Shown: one piece after another, positions 6,401 through 10,465 of the stretch | How the letters are laid out: each line of letters starts with the position of its first letter | Position numbering within the stretch: position 1 is the stretch's first letter | Source of the DNA: Octopus sinensis | Lineage: Eukaryota | DNA length: 10,465 bases | Assembly (NCBI RefSeq): GCF_006345805.1 | Contig: NW_021827399.1 | Coordinates: 1 to 10,465 of the forward strand | Direction of reading: 5' to 3' | The notes under the pieces: generated by a model | The model's database searches: none | What the model was told of the DNA's origin: nothing | The model's input: only the letters and a program-made list of their open reading frames with translations | Program-made: the position numbers and the translations under genes

Positions 6401-8695
6401 GCTGACCATGTACGGGCCAAAAGAGAGCACGGACATGCAGCCTACAAGAAACCCTCAAAATCTTTCCAGCTTGAACTACCATAAGGCAAACTGGAAACAA
6501 ATTGAGAAAGAGATCCTCAAACAAAACTGGCCTAAATGTCTCTCCTCGCCAGACATCGACGTGAAACTTCAACAATTCATGTCTGTAATGCAAGCCATAT
6601 GCTACAAATGTGTCCCAGAGAGAAAGGCCACTGTACACAAGAACAAAATCCCCAGAGAGAGGAAAATTTTAATGAGACGGCGTACGAAATTTTCAAATCG
6701 CCTAAACAAACAGATTGAAAGCAGTGAAAAGTCCCGCCTAAAAATAAAACTGTTGGAAATCGAAAAATGTCTGCAACTCTCCCATGAAAAAGAAAGAGCA
6801 GACAGAGAAGCCTGGGCTATAGAGAAAACATAGAATCTAACCCCAGAGCTTTCTATAGGTATGCCAAAGAAACAGCTACAGTGCACTGTAGAATAGGGCC
6901 ACTCCTCGAAAAAGGATGGCACACTTACAGGAAAACCAATGAGGGTAAGTGAAATACTGAATGAGCAATTCAAGAGTGTTTTCACTCCACCCTTGGGCAT
7001 CTCCAAATCACCAATCCAACTGACTTTTTAACACTGCAGATATAAAATCAGAGGCGGCGACGATAGATTACATCGATATAAAGGAAGAAGATGTAACCAA
7101 GGCTATAGATGAAATGAAAACAGACTCAGCTAATGGCCCCGATGGATTCCCGGCAATCCTCCTAAAAGCATGTAAGAGAGTCCTAGCAAGACCACTGCAG
7201 TTCCTCTTTCAGAGCTTCCTTGCAGCTGGCAAACTTCCAGGAAAACTGAAGGAAGGTAAAATATGCTCCATTCAATAAAGGAGGTAGCAGAGCGGAAGCC
7301 AAGAACTATAGACCTATCTCTCTGACCTCACACATCAGCAAGGTCATGGAACGAATAGTCAGAAGGAAGCTGATCAACTTCCTTAAGAGAATGACTTGCT
7401 GCCCGACACCCAACATGGTTTCCGACCAGGGAGAAGCTGTTTAACTCAGCTCCTACAACACTATGACTGGGTTGCTGAAACGGTGGTGCTCAACCACTCA
7501 AATGTGGAAGTGATATATCTCGACTTTGCAAAGGCCTTTGATAAAGTCGATCATGGAATGATATGTCAAAAACTGCGTGATCTCAACATAGTTGGAAAAA
7601 CTGGGAGAATGGCTTCATGACTTTCTGAAGGATAGAAGTCAGGTGGTAGTAGCCAATGGGGCCACCTCCATTAACACACAAATAGTGAGCGGTGTTCCGC
7701 AGGGCACTGTTCTGGGACCACTACTGTTCATAATGGCCCTCTCAGACATGCCCTCAGCCACGCAGAGAACCACGATCACAAGTTATGCAGATGATACAAA
7801 AGTTTCACAGGCAATACAGAACCCTGAGGACACTAAACACATGCAATGTGAGCTGGACGAAATATACAAGTGGGCTGAAAAGAATAGCATGCAGTTCAAT
7901 GCTGGAAAGTTTCAAGCTTTATACTATCAGCATGCAAAACTGAATGCAATACCCAATGAATACACTGGACCCGGAGGGATTGCAATACCAGAGGCACAAT
8001 CAGTGCGTGACCTGGGTATTCACATGAGTGATGACGCGACCTTTCATGTACATGTTGCTAAACTGACACTGAAATGTAGACGGCTGGCTGGCTGGATTCT
8101 TAGAACCTTTAGAACAAGAGAACAAGAAACCATGATGGTCCTCTGGAAGACACTTGTCCTAAGCCACTTTGACTATTGCTCTCAGCTATGGTCACCATCC
8201 AGTGTCAAGTTGATCACAGAACTTGAGGTGACCCAACGAAGCTACACAAAGAAGATAGCCTCTATGCAGAATGTAAGCTACTGGGAAAGACTCAAGAGAT
8301 TAAAATTATATTCCCTGGAGCGTAGGCGGGAAAGATATGCCATAATATACATCTGGAAGATCCTGGAGGGAAGTGTCCTGAACTTTGGCATCGAGAGTTA
8401 CGCAAATGCCAGAACTGGGCGCCACTGCGTGGTGCCTAGGACTCCAAACCTGCCTTCAAGATGTAGGACAAGATTCTGTGATAGCCTGGGCTTCGAGGCC
8501 CACAGCTCTTCAATATCCTCCCGAAGAACCTGAGAGACCTGCATGGGGTGGATACAGATGTCTTTAAAATGAAGCTGGATCTCTTCCTGTCAGGTGTCCC
8601 AGATGAACCAACTTCACAGCAGGAGGGGCAGATGAGGGCAGCCTGCATCGAACTCTCTCATGCACCAAATAGCAGTTGCTAGAAAGCCTCCATGA
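6401..8695 (+). pseudogene. Linker, reverse transcriptase and C-terminal domain of the LINE
   Basis: Motifs: GPDGFPAILLK, NYRPISLTSHISKVMERIV (7304 onward), QHGFRPGRSCLTQLL, IYLDFAKAFDKVDH, SGVPQGTVLGPLLF, YADD (7784-7795), RDLGI, FDYCSQLWSP, LYSLERRRERY, GPQLFNILP, FKMKLDLFL..VPDEP, ASNSLMHQI, then TGA at 8693-8695. 7592-8533 is an uninterrupted 313-aa frame. Confidence 0.95.
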
Positions 8696-8721
8696 AGTGA
8701 AACCAAGTAGCAACACCAAAT

Positions 8722-8752
8722 GGCGGTGCCCCAGCTCATAAGCTGAAACTAG
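8722..8752 (+). other. LINE 3'-terminal recognition element (conserved box plus 5-bp stem-loop)
   Basis: ggcggtgccc-cagct-cata-agctg-aaactag; the stem cagct/agctg lies directly before the tail repeat. Function is inferred by analogy with L2-group 3' stem-loops. Confidence 0.7.
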
Positions 8753-8776
8753 AATCAATCAATCAATCAATCAATC
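8753..8776 (+). repeat. (AATC)6 3' tail of the LINE
   Basis: Six exact copies immediately after the 3' hairpin. Confidence 0.92.
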
Positions 8777-8824
8777 ATATATATTATATATATATATATC
8801 TATATATATATATATTATATATAT

Positions 8825-8857
<33 letters not shown>

Positions 8858-8860
8858 ATT

Positions 8861-8900
<40 letters not shown>

Positions 8901-9068
8901 TATTATATATATATATATATATATATTTATATTATATATTTATATATAATAATATTATATATTTATATATATTATTTATATATATATATATATATATTTA
9001 TTATATATTTATATATATATATATATATATTTTTATTATATATATATTATATAATATATATATATTAT

Positions 9069-9103
<35 letters not shown>

Positions 9104-9217
9104 ATATATATATTTTTATAATATATAATATATATATATATTTATATATATATATATATATATATAGTTATATATATTTATATATATATATATATATATT
9201 GTTATATATATATAATA

Positions 9218-9291
<74 letters not shown>

Positions 9292-9397
9292 TAATATATA
9301 TATAATATATTATATTATATTCTATATATATATATATTATATATATATATATATATATTTTATATATATATATATATTTATATATATTATATATATA
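8777..9397. repeat. Long impure (TA)n microsatellite (~620 bp), right flank of the LINE
   Basis: Read directly from the sequence; many single-base interruptions. Confidence 0.97.
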
Positions 9398-9697
9398 TTG
9401 TTTGTTTGTTCCTTCTTGAGCCACGCCTGGCTCATAAGGGCCGGTTTCCCGGTTTCCTTGGCGTATAGGTTCCCCACTTGGACGGGACGCCGGTCCGTCG
9501 CAGGTGAGCTGCAAGATGCAGGAGGAAAGAGAGAGAGAGAACGTTGTGGCGAAAGAGTCAGCAGAAGTTTTGCCATTACCTTCTGCCAGAGCCGCCTGGA
9601 GCTTAGGTGTTTTCACTCATAAACACTCACACATCGCCCGGTCCGAGATTCGAACCCGCGATCCCTCTGCTCTAACGGCTAGGCCATGTGCCTCCAC
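9398..9697 (-). mobile_element. tRNA-derived SINE with a V-SINE-like central domain and (AACA)n tail
   Basis: On the minus strand: A-box-like tggcctagccgtt (9674-9686), B-box ggttcgaatct (9646-9656), cacctgcgacggaccggcgtcccgtccaagtgggga (9472-9506) resembling the V domain (tgcgatggactggcg.cc.gtccaggg), and an aacaaacaaacaa tail at 9398-9410. Confidence 0.85.
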
Positions 9698-9925
9698 ACA
9701 CACACAGTGAAAGAGAAAGAGCAGGAAAATTACAAAAGAATCGCTATACATATGATTATATAAAGAAAATAATTTGATTAATTACTAATCGGAAGTATTA
9801 TCCACATGAAGACATAGGTTTTATAAAACTTTCAAAGACTATAAGAGATCATCAGGCAAAGATTCACATTGACATCTTATTTTTCTTATTTTTCATATTG
9901 TGGTATCATAATAATGGTGGGACTC

Positions 9926-10465
9926 AAGGCGGCGAGCTGGCAGAAGCGTTAGCACGCCGGGCGAAATGGTTAGCTGTATTTCGTCTGCCGCTACGTTCTC
10001 AGTTCAAATTCCGCCGAGGTCGACTTTGCCTTTCATCCTTTCGGGGTCGATTAAATAAGTACCTATTTCTTTATTACCTACGAGGGACTAAACACAGAGG
10101 GGACAAACAAGGACAGACATAGGTATTAAGTCGGTTACTGGTACTTAATTTATCGACCCCGAAAGGATGAAAGGCAAAGTCGACCACGGCGGAATTTGAA
10201 CTCACAACGTAACGGCAGACGAAATACCTATTTCTCTTTCTTTATTACCCACAAGGGGCTAAACACAGAGGGGACAAACAAGGACAGACATAGGTATTAA
10301 GTCGATTACATCGACCCAGTGCGTAACTGGTACTTAATTTATCGACCCGAAAGGATGAAAGGCAAAGTCGACCACGGCGGAATTTGAACTCACAACGTAA
10401 CGGCAGACGAAAACGCGCTAAGCATTTCGCCCGGCGTGCTAACGTTTCTGCCAGCTCGCCGCCTT
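9926..10465. mobile_element. Fold-back SINE composite: plus-strand head and body (9926-10063) joined to two minus-strand units (10060-10224, 10225-10412) and a minus-strand head (10413-10465)
   Basis: Starts aaggcggcgagctggcagaa and ends ttctgccagctcgccgcctt. The arms 9926-10063 and 10329-10465 are inverted repeats (about 13 differences in 138 bp, ~90%). A-box-like tggcagaagcgtt at 9938-9950 and B-box-like gttcaaatt at 10002-10010. Confidence 0.88.

Larger units (their letters stand above)
4388..8776 (+). mobile_element. Apparently full-length CR1/L2-group (APE-RT) non-LTR retrotransposon, ~4.4 kb
   Basis: Tandem-repeat 5' region, then N-terminal coding region, APE, RT, C-terminal domain, short 3' UTR with hairpin, and (AATC)6 tail. 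A short-tandem-repeat tail and a 3' stem-loop are typical of CR1/L2-group LINEs. The 5' boundary is inferred from the abrupt end of (TA)n. Confidence 0.92.

Noticed and set aside
4961-7006. Long minus-strand ORFs (4961-5593, 5092-5679, 5823-6266, 6375-6638, 6602-7006)
   Set aside because: Shadow frames of the LINE coding strand with no recognisable motifs. An antisense ORF0-like product cannot be strictly excluded but nothing supports one.
7290-8000. Prokaryotic RT system (retron, group II intron, DGR) or telomerase
   Set aside because: The upstream APE domain, LINE-type RT motifs, tandem-repeat tail and eukaryotic SINE context identify a non-LTR retrotransposon.
8753-8776. (AATC)6 as a telomeric or interstitial telomeric repeat
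   Set aside because: It is not TTAGGG or TTAGG, and its position right after the LINE 3' hairpin explains it as the element's tail.
4380-8790. Target-site duplication for the LINE
   Set aside because: Both flanks are (TA)n, so any apparent duplication is uninformative.
9700-9925. AT-rich spacer between the last two SINEs
   Set aside because: No repeat, ORF or motif that I can support.
9221-10122. ORFs 9221-9616, 9337-9576, 9398-9622, 9504-9710 and 9898-10122
   Set aside because: They fall within SINEs and microsatellite; no domain evidence.

Overview
This is repeat-dense eukaryotic DNA with no host gene, RNA gene or CRISPR that I can support. The SINE families and long (TA)n tracts point to an octopus or other coleoid cephalopod genome; that assignment is from recognition, not a database search. 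From left to right: (1) the 3' end of a probable L1/Tx1-type LINE, fused to two head-less ~183-bp tRNA-SINE units; (2) a decayed minus-strand CR1/L2-group LINE RT fragment; (3) compound microsatellites; (4) an internally deleted Tc1 element with both TIRs; (5) a CORE-like tRNA-SINE on the minus strand; (6) an apparently full-length ~4.4-kb CR1/L2-group LINE (4388-8776) with a tandem-repeat 5' end, a CCCH zinc finger running in frame into the APE endonuclease, an RT with YADD, a 3' hairpin and an (AATC)6 tail, sitting inside (TA)n; (7) a V-domain-like tRNA-SINE on the minus strand; (8) a 540-bp fold-back SINE composite with ~138-bp inverted arms. The best leads are two candidate LINE-SINE partnerships visible from shared 3' tails (one with compensatory stem changes), the architecture of the large LINE, the fact that its frameshifts mostly look like homopolymer errors, and the fixed-junction tandem and inverted SINE composites.
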